A stretch of 64,000 bases of DNA, from assembly GCA_020632395.1 (NCBI GenBank), contig JACKFQ010000002.1, positions 172,971-236,970 of the forward strand, in the 5' to 3' direction. Shown here piece by piece: positions 8,754 through 17,921 of the stretch. A program made the position numbers and the translations under genes. Each line of letters starts with the position of its first letter. Within the stretch, counting starts at the first letter, position 1. Below the pieces are notes generated by a model. It saw only the letters and a list, made by a program, of their open reading frames with translations. It had not been told where the DNA came from and made no database searches. Origin of the DNA: Candidatus Nomurabacteria bacterium. GTDB lineage: Bacteria; Patescibacteriota; Dojkabacteria; SC72; JAHDCA01.

Positions 8754-9778
8754 GCAAACCTAGAAAACCTCGTGGTCGCCGTCAGGCACAACGATCAAAG
8801 TTCAAGAATGATGAGAAGTTCTTTACGAAAGAGGATATATTTCTTTCACGCATGGCAAGTATACTACTGGTGGATAAGAAGCTGGTTAAATCATTCTTTG
8901 GTCAAAGGAATGTTAGTACAATCAGACTCAACAACCTTTTAGAAGATCCTCAAAAGATCAAACAGCATCTGATCGATGCTGGTCTAGACCTTATCGAGGT
9001 CGATTGGTCTCCCAACACCTATATTGTCAGTAACATGGATAAGTCAGAGTTAGGCAGAATGCAAGAATATGACAGAGGTTTATTCTATATCCAGAATCTA
9101 TCCAGTATGTTACCCGTGATAGTCCTCGACCCACAACCCGGAGAGAAGATACTAGATATGACTGCTGCACCGGGAAGTAAGACTTCGATGATAGCAGCAC
9201 TAACAGGCAATGAGGTGGAGATGATAGCAAATGAAGAGGATCACAGACGGGCAGGAAAACTCAGAGCAGTACTTTCTCAATTTGGCGTAAAACATACTCA
9301 AGTGACCGAGAAAGATGCTCGGTTCATAGGCAAAGCCCTACCAGACCACTTCGACAAAGTTCTACTAGACGCTCCATGTAGTGGGGAAGGCTTAGTATAT
9401 CTACGAGGAGATAAACCCTTACGTTTCTGGAATATTAAAAAGATCAAACATATGAGTTCACTACAAAAACAACTCATCACTTCCGCTTTTGATACATTAA
9501 AACCAGGTGGAGAACTTATTTATTCGACCTGTACTCTCGAACCAGAGGAAAATGAGGGTGTTGTGACACATCTGGTAGAACAGCGAAAAAATGCGCGTAT
9601 CGAAAAGATCGATCTGGTTAATTCCGATTCGTTCAAGGAGTTTTCGAGATTCACTACAAGAGGGATAGTAAAATGGAGCGGAAATAGATTTCATCAGGAA
9701 TCCGCACGAGCGATCCGAGTTATTCCTAGTGCTCAAATGCAAGGCTTCTTCATTTCAAAGATCTCTAAAAAGAAGTAG
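8750..9778 (+). CDS. rRNA cytosine-C5 methyltransferase, NOL1/NOP2/Sun (RsmB/RsmF) family
   Basis: AdoMet motif DMTAAPGSKT, active-site region VLLDAPCSGEG, and second Cys motif LIYSTCTLEPEENEGVV. ATGA start/stop overlap with rsmE. Confidence 0.8.
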   Translation: MSKPRKPRGRRQAQRSKFKNDEKFFTKEDIFLSRMASILLVDKKLVKSFFGQRNVSTIRLNNLLEDPQKIKQHLIDAGLDLIEVDWSPNTYIVSNMDKSELGRMQEYDRGLFYIQNLSSMLPVIVLDPQPGEKILDMTAAPGSKTSMIAALTGNEVEMIANEEDHRRAGKLRAVLSQFGVKHTQVTEKDARFIGKALPDHFDKVLLDAPCSGEGLVYLRGDKPLRFWNIKKIKHMSSLQKQLITSAFDTLKPGGELIYSTCTLEPEENEGVVTHLVEQRKNARIEKIDLVNSDSFKEFSRFTTRGIVKWSGNRFHQESARAIRVIPSAQMQGFFISKISKKK

Positions 9779-9930
9779 ATCTAACTGATTGTATATAAGA
9801 CCTGGGATATGGACTTTTACATTGACCCTACCCCATACTTTCCACCGCACCAGCTAAGATTACATCTCTACAAAGGGGATATGTTGTGCAGTAGCAATAC
9901 TGAAAATTCACCGAAATATCACTAATTTGT

Positions 9931-11901
9931 TTAGTATGAGCTACATTCATTGTAATTTGGATTCGAATGGCTAGGGATATTTGAGGTTGATGGGATCCAT
10001 GTCTCGCCTTCGATCTCTAATTCACCAAACCACACAACTTCTGCAGAGGTGATTTTCCATTCTCCACGTTCTAATCTAACATATAGTGAATCATTCATAC
10101 ATTGATCTACCATCTCACCTGTAGTCTTATTTGGAGCCTTGTAATTGAACTTGATCGGTATATATAGACCATACCAGTTATTCGGGATCCCAAAAGGATC
10201 ATAATTGAGCAGATACCAATCATCAAATGCAGGGATCTCCACAGGGACATATCCGGTAACGATTATTTGAGAAAGAGCTTGGAATTGCTTGTCCTCATAA
10301 ACCACACCGTCTGACCAGTATTTTTTTATCATTTGAGAGTTCTTATTCTTGAGTGCACCAGAATATCTGGAGATAAAATCTGCAAGATCATTTTCTGCCT
10401 CGAGTTTCAGTTCGACAGGATCAAGAGAGCTTTTCGACGATCTTAGGCTCGGCCAATATATATTCCATGCGCTATTATCGCCATTGAAAGACGGATCTGT
10501 AGAATAGTGTGCTTTCGTAACTTTCTGCATAGTTTCAGTACCGACTTCATCAACTTTCCGAAGATTTAAAGAAGTAGCTTCATCGCTTAGGTTAATGTTG
10601 TATGCAAGGTCAAAACTCGCACCGGATCCAAATCGCTCCCAATTCACATATGCCACCAATCGATCCGTAGGAAATACAATAAGTGGCAAGATGATGGACA
10701 ATGAAATATATAAAGACCATTTGTTGATCCTGCGAAAGAATTGCTCCGTTCGTACGGATAAGAACAACAAGGTCAACATCGCCATAACCCCTAGCATCAT
10801 TATATGACCAAGCAATCGGATATTCGTGAGTCCATAAAACTGCTCTGTGATAAGTAAACGGTAGTGAGCAGATACACCTATCAGAAATGTAAGTCCGATC
10901 AAGGTATAGAAAGGAAGAGTGAGACTCTTTTTCAATTTGACCCTATCAACCACACCTAACATCACAGTAGATATGCCGATCACTAGGAACGAAGTAATTA
11001 GTAATTCAACAAAACCTCTCCTTGCGTACTGTGCAAAGGTCAGGCCGGTAGCTTCTGAGATCACCTGTTCAGATCCTCCAAATAAGTACCGAAGTTGCAC
11101 AAACACAAACACTCCGAAAAGGATAGATAAAAGTGAGAAAAATGTTGTAAAGATGATTGGTTCATACCCCGTGATGATTGGTGGTTTCAATTTTATGAGT
11201 GAGTTTTGGAAAGCATCGGTCTTGGACATCATAATTCCGTACAAACCCACAAGTAAAAGAGAAACTATGACGATGACCATGAGATCATCTATCGAGACCC
11301 AGAGATCTATATCAGCCAACCACTTTATCAGATCGCTAACGGAGAATACCTGTGCAAATGCCGGATCAGCACTACTAAACAACCCTCCGAATATCACTAA
11401 CAACGGGATTGCAAGAATTATCCCTATAGCAACATATGTTAAACTACGGAAAGGGATCTTTCGATCTCCTTTGCTTTTGGTGATCTTTCTCTTACTGCCT
11501 GTATCGAATTGGTCATAAGCACTGATCATGGAGATTGGTAAACTTATACACCTTATCACTGCTTGTGCTACCCCTGCAGTGATAGATATTGGTTTTGAGT
11601 ACCCAAACTCATCCAACAGAGCTATGATCATGAACGGGAGTAACATACAGTAGATCACAGTAGCAAAAACATTATCTCGTATCAGGGGTGGTAACAGGAT
11701 GACCAGTATCGCTAATGATACTGAAATATTTAAACTCACCTTTTTAGATGGGATATACAATTTCACTAAGAGAAGAGAAACGACGATGATCGATGCAGTA
11801 AACAGAAATATCCCTAATCCTGGTTCAAAACCCCTAACCAAATAATTGAACATTAAAGAAAGAAGCAGAGAAAGTGAAAGTGTCGTGATAAATTTTTGCA
11901 T
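9931..11901 (-). CDS. Polytopic integral membrane protein (about 12 predicted TM helices) with a C-terminal soluble domain of about 230 aa; function unknown
   Basis: Repeated 20-25-residue hydrophobic stretches through the first 420 aa. The hydrophilic C-terminal domain (..NINLSDEATSLNLRKVDEVGTETMQK...) has no motif I recognise. Confidence 0.55.
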   Translation of the reverse strand: MQKFITTLSLSLLLSLMFNYLVRGFEPGLGIFLFTASIIVVSLLLVKLYIPSKKVSLNISVSLAILVILLPPLIRDNVFATVIYCMLLPFMIIALLDEFGYSKPISITAGVAQAVIRCISLPISMISAYDQFDTGSKRKITKSKGDRKIPFRSLTYVAIGIILAIPLLVIFGGLFSSADPAFAQVFSVSDLIKWLADIDLWVSIDDLMVIVIVSLLLVGLYGIMMSKTDAFQNSLIKLKPPIITGYEPIIFTTFFSLLSILFGVFVFVQLRYLFGGSEQVISEATGLTFAQYARRGFVELLITSFLVIGISTVMLGVVDRVKLKKSLTLPFYTLIGLTFLIGVSAHYRLLITEQFYGLTNIRLLGHIMMLGVMAMLTLLFLSVRTEQFFRRINKWSLYISLSIILPLIVFPTDRLVAYVNWERFGSGASFDLAYNINLSDEATSLNLRKVDEVGTETMQKVTKAHYSTDPSFNGDNSAWNIYWPSLRSSKSSLDPVELKLEAENDLADFISRYSGALKNKNSQMIKKYWSDGVVYEDKQFQALSQIIVTGYVPVEIPAFDDWYLLNYDPFGIPNNWYGLYIPIKFNYKAPNKTTGEMVDQCMNDSLYVRLERGEWKITSAEVVWFGELEIEGETWIPSTSNIPSHSNPNYNECSSY

Positions 11902-11960
11902 AGATAATTATAGCAACTTTATAGATATAATCTTCATACGATATATTGAAACAAAAGTAA

Positions 11961-11986
11961 CAGACGGAGCATTTCTGCTCCGTCTG
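11961..11986 (-). terminator. Rho-independent terminator downstream of pnp (CAGACGGAGC-N6-GCTCCGTCTG)
   Basis: Perfect 10-bp stem with a 6-nt loop, 24 bp past the pnp stop. It is followed on the minus strand by UUACUUUUGUUUC. Confidence 0.6.
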
Positions 11987-12009
11987 AAAAATCTTACCTA
12001 AGAAACCTT

Positions 12010-14157
12010 TTACTCCTCTGTGTTATTACTATCATCATGAGAGCTATTGGTACTCTGGTCTGGACTACTACCATTGCTCAAAGCTTTGATCGAAAGTCTG
12101 ATCTTTCCATTATCTCCAAAACCTATCACTTTTACCTTTACTGTCTCACCCTCTTTAAGGAAACTTCTAACATCCTTGACAAAAGAATCCGAGATCTCAG
12201 AGACATGCACCAAACCTTCAACGCTCTTGGCTAATTTCACAAAAGCCCCGAACTCTGCGATCTTTGAGACTGTTCCTGTATAGATCTGTCCCACTTCTGG
12301 CTCAAAAGCATATTCTTCGACATACTCTCTCGCCTTCTGGATAGAAGCGGCATCATCAGCATAGATATGTACAGACCCATCATCCTCAACATTCAATTCG
12401 ACGCCTGTTTCATCGATTATCTTCTTAATATTCTTTCCACCAGGTCCGATCAGCTCACCGATCTTGCTGACAGGTATCATCAGCATCTCAACCTTAGGTG
12501 CAAACTCCGAAAGCTCTTCACGAGGTTTACCAATGACTTCTGCCATTCCATCCAAGATAGTTAGTCTGGCCTTCTTCGCAGCCTGGATCGCCTCACGAAA
12601 TATCTCCATAGGCAAACCTGAAGATTTTGTATCCATCTGAACCGCAGTTACACCATCTCTCGTACCCGTAACCTTAAAGTCCATGTACCCATAAAAATCT
12701 TCTACCCCCTGTATATCGGTTAACACTTTGAACTCATTTGTATCTTCATCCATGACTACACCTATAGCTATTCCAGCCACAGGCTTCTTGATTGGAACAC
12801 CTGCATCCATCAAAGCAAGGGTAGAACCACATGTAGAAGCCATGCTACTTGAACCTTCTTCAGACATGATCTCACTCATGAGCATGATCGTGTATGGGAA
12901 TTCTTCCATCGAAGGTAGCACCGGGTACAAAGCCTTTTCTGCTAAAGCACCATGTCCGACCTCTCGTCTACCCGGAATATACTTATATCTTCCGGCTTCT
13001 CCGAAACTGTAAGGTCCCTCTACATAAAAATGCATATATCGGCGAGTATCCTCTCCTGTCATATCATCAACAAACATCATACTTCTAGAGCTACCAAGTG
13101 TAGCTATGGTCATAACCTGAGTCATACCTCGAGTAAACAAACCTGAACCATGAACCCTAGGTAACAGATCGACCTCATAATTTAGTTCGCGTATCTCATC
13201 CAATGCACGTCCATCTACTCTCTTACCTTCACCTAGAACTAACTTGCGTAGTTCTTTCTTTGCAACTGCTTCATACGCATCATCCAACTGTTTCTTACTG
13301 TATTCACTTCCAAACTCCTCTGCCATCTTCTCTAATGTTAGAGATTTTGCAGCTCGCTTATCAAGCATTGTCAGATTTCCACCTATCTCATCTCCAAATA
13401 TTGAAACTGCTTTCTTAACCAATTCTTCAGGAAGTGCAAAGGAAACATACTCCGCCTTCTCAACTCCTTCGACCATATCTGCAAATACCCTCTGAGCCTC
13501 TAACCAAGGTGTCATTAATTCTAGACCGTACTCCATAGCCTCAATGTATCGATCTTCCGAGATCTCATATGCATTGGAATCTATGTTTGTTAGGCTTTTA
13601 CCATCACCAGCAAGTACAAGGTCCAACTTTGACTCCTCGATGTTATCCCTGTCTACATGTTTGTTGTATGCAAACAAGGTTTCGTCTTTCATACCAACTC
13701 TTACACCTGAGATTGGTTCAGTAATTGGAGATCCTGAGATCAGTAAAGCTGCTGAGACAGCATTTACACCAATAATTACCGGATCATAATCTGGATCGAA
13801 TGAAAGAACTTTTACGATAACTTGTACCTCATCTCGATAATCCTCAGGAAATCTAGGTCTGATAGATCTATCTATGATCCTAGCTTTTAGAGTTGCATCA
13901 TCAGTAGGAAATCTATCTCTTTTCACAAAACGTGATCCTGATATCTTTCCTGCTGCATACATCTTCTCGATGTATTCAACACTGAGAGGGAAGTAATCCA
14001 TATCTGTTCGGGCTTCACCCGTATTCACAGTAGCCATGACAACTGTGTCGCCCATCTGTGCAATGACTGCAGATTGGGACTTTCTTGCAAGTTTTCCAGT
14101 CGAGAATGTACATTTTACACCCTCGATCTCAAACTCGTGCTTGATCTCTTTGAACAT
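12010..14157 (-). CDS. pnp: Polyribonucleotide nucleotidyltransferase (PNPase)
   Basis: N-terminus MFKEIKHEFEIEGVKCTFSTGKLARKSQSAVIAQMGDTVVMATV. Two RNase PH-like halves. KH motif ELIGPGGKNIKKI. S1 domain GQIYTGTVSKIAEFGAFVKL. Sits downstream of rpsO, the conserved arrangement. Confidence 0.95.
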   Translation of the reverse strand: MFKEIKHEFEIEGVKCTFSTGKLARKSQSAVIAQMGDTVVMATVNTGEARTDMDYFPLSVEYIEKMYAAGKISGSRFVKRDRFPTDDATLKARIIDRSIRPRFPEDYRDEVQVIVKVLSFDPDYDPVIIGVNAVSAALLISGSPITEPISGVRVGMKDETLFAYNKHVDRDNIEESKLDLVLAGDGKSLTNIDSNAYEISEDRYIEAMEYGLELMTPWLEAQRVFADMVEGVEKAEYVSFALPEELVKKAVSIFGDEIGGNLTMLDKRAAKSLTLEKMAEEFGSEYSKKQLDDAYEAVAKKELRKLVLGEGKRVDGRALDEIRELNYEVDLLPRVHGSGLFTRGMTQVMTIATLGSSRSMMFVDDMTGEDTRRYMHFYVEGPYSFGEAGRYKYIPGRREVGHGALAEKALYPVLPSMEEFPYTIMLMSEIMSEEGSSSMASTCGSTLALMDAGVPIKKPVAGIAIGVVMDEDTNEFKVLTDIQGVEDFYGYMDFKVTGTRDGVTAVQMDTKSSGLPMEIFREAIQAAKKARLTILDGMAEVIGKPREELSEFAPKVEMLMIPVSKIGELIGPGGKNIKKIIDETGVELNVEDDGSVHIYADDAASIQKAREYVEEYAFEPEVGQIYTGTVSKIAEFGAFVKLAKSVEGLVHVSEISDSFVKDVRSFLKEGETVKVKVIGFGDNGKIRLSIKALSNGSSPDQSTNSSHDDSNNTEE

Positions 14158-14246
14158 ATAATTTTCTTGAAAAATAAACTCCCTGTAAACATCCGGTGTT
14201 CAATTACCCGGGTATACAGTGGAAGTTAAATTGAGGAAGGAAGGGG

Positions 14247-14510
14247 TTAAAGCTTTAACTCTTTTGCTAACTTAGTGTACCTGTTCTCGTCAGTTCCTTT
14301 CAGATACTCAATGAGTCTCCTTCTTTTACCAACTAGCTGTAATAGACCTCTGCGTGAGTGGTTATCTTTCTTATGCCCTTTTAGATGCTCACTTAATCGT
14401 GAGATCCTTTCTGTAAGTATTGCGATCTGTACCTCGGGTGAACCTGTATCACCGTCATGCACTGCATACTTTGCAATTATTTTGCTCTTTTCTTCTGGTG
14501 TTAAAGACAT
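14247..14510 (-). CDS. rpsO: 30S ribosomal protein S15
   Basis: [70 protein letters not shown] is a canonical S15. Length 87 aa. Confidence 0.95.
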   Translation of the reverse strand: MSLTPEEKSKIIAKYAVHDGDTGSPEVQIAILTERISRLSEHLKGHKKDNHSRRGLLQLVGKRRRLIEYLKGTDENRYTKLAKELKL

Positions 14511-14648
14511 TGATTCAATCTATCACATAGCTAATATGGTGGCAATAGCAACCTGGACAGTGCTCTTTTCTTTCAAAACGAGTTATCCACAACTCGAATG
14601 ACGCGTATTTTTACTATTTTAATACGATATTGTCAAGCACTTTATGGG

Positions 14649-15872
14649 CTATTTACCTTTTGACCCACCAACTGTAGGAGGAAGATTGGGTCTTTCCTTC
14701 TCTCCGTTTCCCGCACTAGACTTGAATTCTACTGCTTTACCTTTAACGTTCAAGCCATACATATCATTTAAAACTACAAAGATGTTCTTCTCAAAATCCT
14801 TGATCGGCATATTCTCGACCCTAAAGGTCGCATGTGATGGTGTGCCTTTACCACCAAATACTCCAGCGATATTTGAAGCCTCATATTTGGAGGTATCATT
14901 TGATTCTACAACTATCTCTAGCTCATCTCTGGCAACTTCATACACAGCAAATGCTATATCAAACTCATCAGTGATATTGAAAATGATCCTTCCTCTCAGA
15001 TCGATATTGTCTTTATCTATCCCACAGAATTTCAATTCCTCTCTGTTTAATTTCGACCATATCACCCGACTCTCACGATCAACTGTCACATTGTGCATCA
15101 GCTTGATCTGAAGGTCCAGATTTGAATAGGTTTTGGTATAGAATATTTTGTTCAGTTTATCCGATAGATCAACCCCATACTTTCCTAATTCCACTAATTC
15201 ACTAAGTAGATCTGGATCTCCTATCATATCAACTGTCTGAATATCTCCAAGAAGTGCATCAGCTATCAAATTTGCAGATTTTTCATCAAGATCTTCACCG
15301 ATAAGTTGTTTTAATGCGACAAGGTAATTCTCATCTTCTCCGACTTGAATGCTTTGATCCCCCAACGTACTATCTCCCTTGACGATGGATATTACTTTGG
15401 AATCTATGAAAAGCTTTCGATTCTTATCATACAACTCTCCAAGATCTTTGAATGATGTGACTCCAATTGTGATAACGGTATCGAAATCATTTCCCTCTGT
15501 TTTATACTCGATATTCTCAAAGTCGAACTCTCCAGAAGTAGGGGTTATATAAAAATTCAATCGACCTGTCTTTTCATCCGGATCATACGATATCTTCTCA
15601 ATACCTGTTCTTCCGTAATCTATACTGATGACATATGTGATACTTTTCAAAGTATTTTCGACCTTGAAACCTTCGTTCTCTATCTTTTCTGCTAATTGAG
15701 TATCGATCGCTCCCGCACTATATACACCTACTTCTTTACCCCTATCTGCTAGAAACTTAGCAAGCAACCCTAAACATGTTGCGATCTCTGTAGAACTAAC
15801 ATCCTCTACACAAATGGCGATCTTCTTTGAATTGAGGATCATATCTTTTATAGACTCATTGTTATCAGCCAT
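14649..15872 (-). CDS. DHH/DHHA1-like protein (NrnA-like fold) with diverged catalytic motifs; function uncertain
   Basis: N-terminus IAICVEDVSSTEIATCLGLLAKFLADRGKEVGVY is colinear with NrnA motif I (..H.NPDGDA.GS.LAL..FL...GKEV.VY), but the His and Asp ligands are replaced. A C-terminal FGGKGTPSHA may be a degenerate GGGH of DHHA1. It sits where rbfA/nrnA/truB usually lie, between infB and rpsO. Confidence 0.35.
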   Translation of the reverse strand: MADNNESIKDMILNSKKIAICVEDVSSTEIATCLGLLAKFLADRGKEVGVYSAGAIDTQLAEKIENEGFKVENTLKSITYVISIDYGRTGIEKISYDPDEKTGRLNFYITPTSGEFDFENIEYKTEGNDFDTVITIGVTSFKDLGELYDKNRKLFIDSKVISIVKGDSTLGDQSIQVGEDENYLVALKQLIGEDLDEKSANLIADALLGDIQTVDMIGDPDLLSELVELGKYGVDLSDKLNKIFYTKTYSNLDLQIKLMHNVTVDRESRVIWSKLNREELKFCGIDKDNIDLRGRIIFNITDEFDIAFAVYEVARDELEIVVESNDTSKYEASNIAGVFGGKGTPSHATFRVENMPIKDFEKNIFVVLNDMYGLNVKGKAVEFKSSAGNGEKERPNLPPTVGGSKGK

Positions 15873-15957
15873 AGCTAAGTATAACCTATATAGTGCATTT
15901 CTGCAATTCTATAGGTATATCTTCACGCTTGGAACCGGGAGTTGGTGTTTCCTGTAA

Positions 15958-17556
15958 TTACTTAACAATCTTGAAACAGAATAGCTTGTCGCCAACTTCA
16001 GCATTTGCTGATGTTGGTTCGATTATTGCACCAAAATCATTACCCTTTTGTGTTTCTTTGATATCTTCTTTACCGTGCTTTAAGGATACTATGCGTCCCT
16101 CAGCAACAATATCATCACCCCGCACTACATAACATTTTTCCCCTCGCTTTATCAGACCATTTGATACTCTACCACCTAAAACCTTTTTCCCATCTGATAG
16201 TACAAAGATCTCTTTGATCTCTGCATCTCCTAGATCTTCTTCTGTTTCTTTAGGTGTGGACATAGCTGTGAGAACATCATTTACCTCATCAACAAGTTTG
16301 TAGATGATGTCATACTGTCGTATTAATATCTTGGAACTGCGAGCTTCTGCTGCAGCCAAATTATCCACCTGTACCTCAAATGCCAATATGATCGATTTTG
16401 TCACTCTCGCCATCTCCACATCTCTCATCCATACATCACCCACACCAGAATCTATGACATTTACGCTAAAGCCATCAACATCGACCTTCTCGAGACTTTT
16501 TAGTATGGCTTGTAGCGAACCTTCAGACGAACTTTTTACTATGATGTTCAATTTCTGGACTGGCTCATCTACTTCCTCCTCACCTCCAAACATTTCAGCG
16601 AACCATGCATCGGGTGTTTCTTCTTCTGCTTCAACCTCAGTTCTGATCTCTTCATCTTTGGTCACAATGTTCTTGGCTAATTGTTTATCGTTAGTTTCAG
16701 AAGAAAGGACAACAGCTCCAAGTTCGAGAAGATTCGATACTCCGATGATCTTACCTCCATAACCAGCCTTTAATGAATCTATCTTTTCACCTGTTTCAGA
16801 CATAAAGCCTTTTAATTTTTCGATATATGTTTCTCCCTTAAGTCCATATACCAACCAATCACCTACCTTTAATTCTCCTCCTGTAGCAATAACGGTTGAT
16901 ACATTTCCTTTACTATTGTCTTTGACAGATTCAAGCACAAATGCTCGACCTGTAGACCTATCGGGCAATTCATCGGGATTCCTTATACCTTCTACATCTA
17001 TCAATAGTGCGATTGTGTCTAAGAGTTCTGGGATACCCTTACCAGTTTTCCCAGATACTTGTACGAGAGGGATATCTCCACCCATCCCCTCTACTAAGAT
17101 CTCGTTGTTCGCAAGTTCGCGTTTGATCTTCTCGATATCTAGATTTGGTAGATCAACCTTGTTTACTACTACTATTGGTTTAGCCCTAGATGCCTTGATT
17201 ATCTCAATGGATTCTAGGGTTTGTGGTTTTAGACCATCATCAGCTGCAACGATTAGCAGTACAATATCAGCAATATCACCACCTCTCTTTCGCATCAGAT
17301 CAAAAGCTTCGTGTCCTGGTGTATCTATAAATGTAAGTTTTGAGAAATTCTTGGAATCACCAAAATGCTCATGTTCGATAGTGAATGCTGATATCTTTTG
17401 TGTGATACCTCCGACTTCTTTCAGTTGGACATTTGCATTCCTGATCTTATCAAGGATCGTGGTCTTTCCATGATCAACATGCCCGAGAATAGTGATGATC
17501 GGAATACGAGTATTAGATTGTGTTTTTGTGCTTGTTTTCATAGAATTCCTGACCAT
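15958..17556 (-). CDS. infB: Translation initiation factor IF-2 (short form, 532 aa)
   Basis: G domain GHVDHGKTTILDKIR ... DTPGHEAFDLMRKRG ... NKVDLP, followed by the beta-barrel and C-terminal domains. It lacks the long N-terminal region found in E. coli IF-2. Confidence 0.95.
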   Translation of the reverse strand: MVRNSMKTSTKTQSNTRIPIITILGHVDHGKTTILDKIRNANVQLKEVGGITQKISAFTIEHEHFGDSKNFSKLTFIDTPGHEAFDLMRKRGGDIADIVLLIVAADDGLKPQTLESIEIIKASRAKPIVVVNKVDLPNLDIEKIKRELANNEILVEGMGGDIPLVQVSGKTGKGIPELLDTIALLIDVEGIRNPDELPDRSTGRAFVLESVKDNSKGNVSTVIATGGELKVGDWLVYGLKGETYIEKLKGFMSETGEKIDSLKAGYGGKIIGVSNLLELGAVVLSSETNDKQLAKNIVTKDEEIRTEVEAEEETPDAWFAEMFGGEEEVDEPVQKLNIIVKSSSEGSLQAILKSLEKVDVDGFSVNVIDSGVGDVWMRDVEMARVTKSIILAFEVQVDNLAAAEARSSKILIRQYDIIYKLVDEVNDVLTAMSTPKETEEDLGDAEIKEIFVLSDGKKVLGGRVSNGLIKRGEKCYVVRGDDIVAEGRIVSLKHGKEDIKETQKGNDFGAIIEPTSANAEVGDKLFCFKIVK

Positions 17557-17562
17557 TATACA

Positions 17563-17901
17563 TCAATCTAGCTTAACTTTCTCTCCCTGTATGCGAATAC
17601 TAACCTTTTTCCTGTTTCCTCTAAATTGGACCTTTCGTATATATTGTTCAAATTCTTCTCGTGTGTCAGCATAATCTTCCCCTTCGATCTTGCTTTTCAA
17701 TGCCCTTTCAAAAGCTCCTGATCTAACAGCTTTATCGTAAAGCTCAAGATCCAAGCTAAGATTGGCACCTCTAGATCTAACCTTGCCCATACTATCTATA
17801 GTGAACTTACCTGACAAAGGATCGATAACAAACCTCGCCAACTGATCCTTTGGGAGCTTTTTCCTACTCACCAAACATGTACGCATAGGAATATGCTTCA
17901 A
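17563..17901 (-). CDS. ylxR: YlxR/DUF448 family RNA-binding protein (nusA-infB operon protein)
   Basis: PMRTCLVSRKKLPKDQLARFV ... SRGANLS matches the YlxR pattern (R.C..C.....K.EL.R.V ... GRGAY). Lies between nusA and infB. Confidence 0.7.
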   Translation of the reverse strand: MKHIPMRTCLVSRKKLPKDQLARFVIDPLSGKFTIDSMGKVRSRGANLSLDLELYDKAVRSGAFERALKSKIEGEDYADTREEFEQYIRKVQFRGNRKKVSIRIQGEKVKLD

Positions 17902-17921
17902 CTCTGATATGTCAACTGATC

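Noticed and set aside
14246-14259. 14-nt perfect palindrome GTTAAAGCTTTAAC at the rpsO stop
   Set aside because: It lies within and overlaps the rpsO coding end (…KELKL*). There is no U-tract, so it is not a terminator and is probably coincidental.
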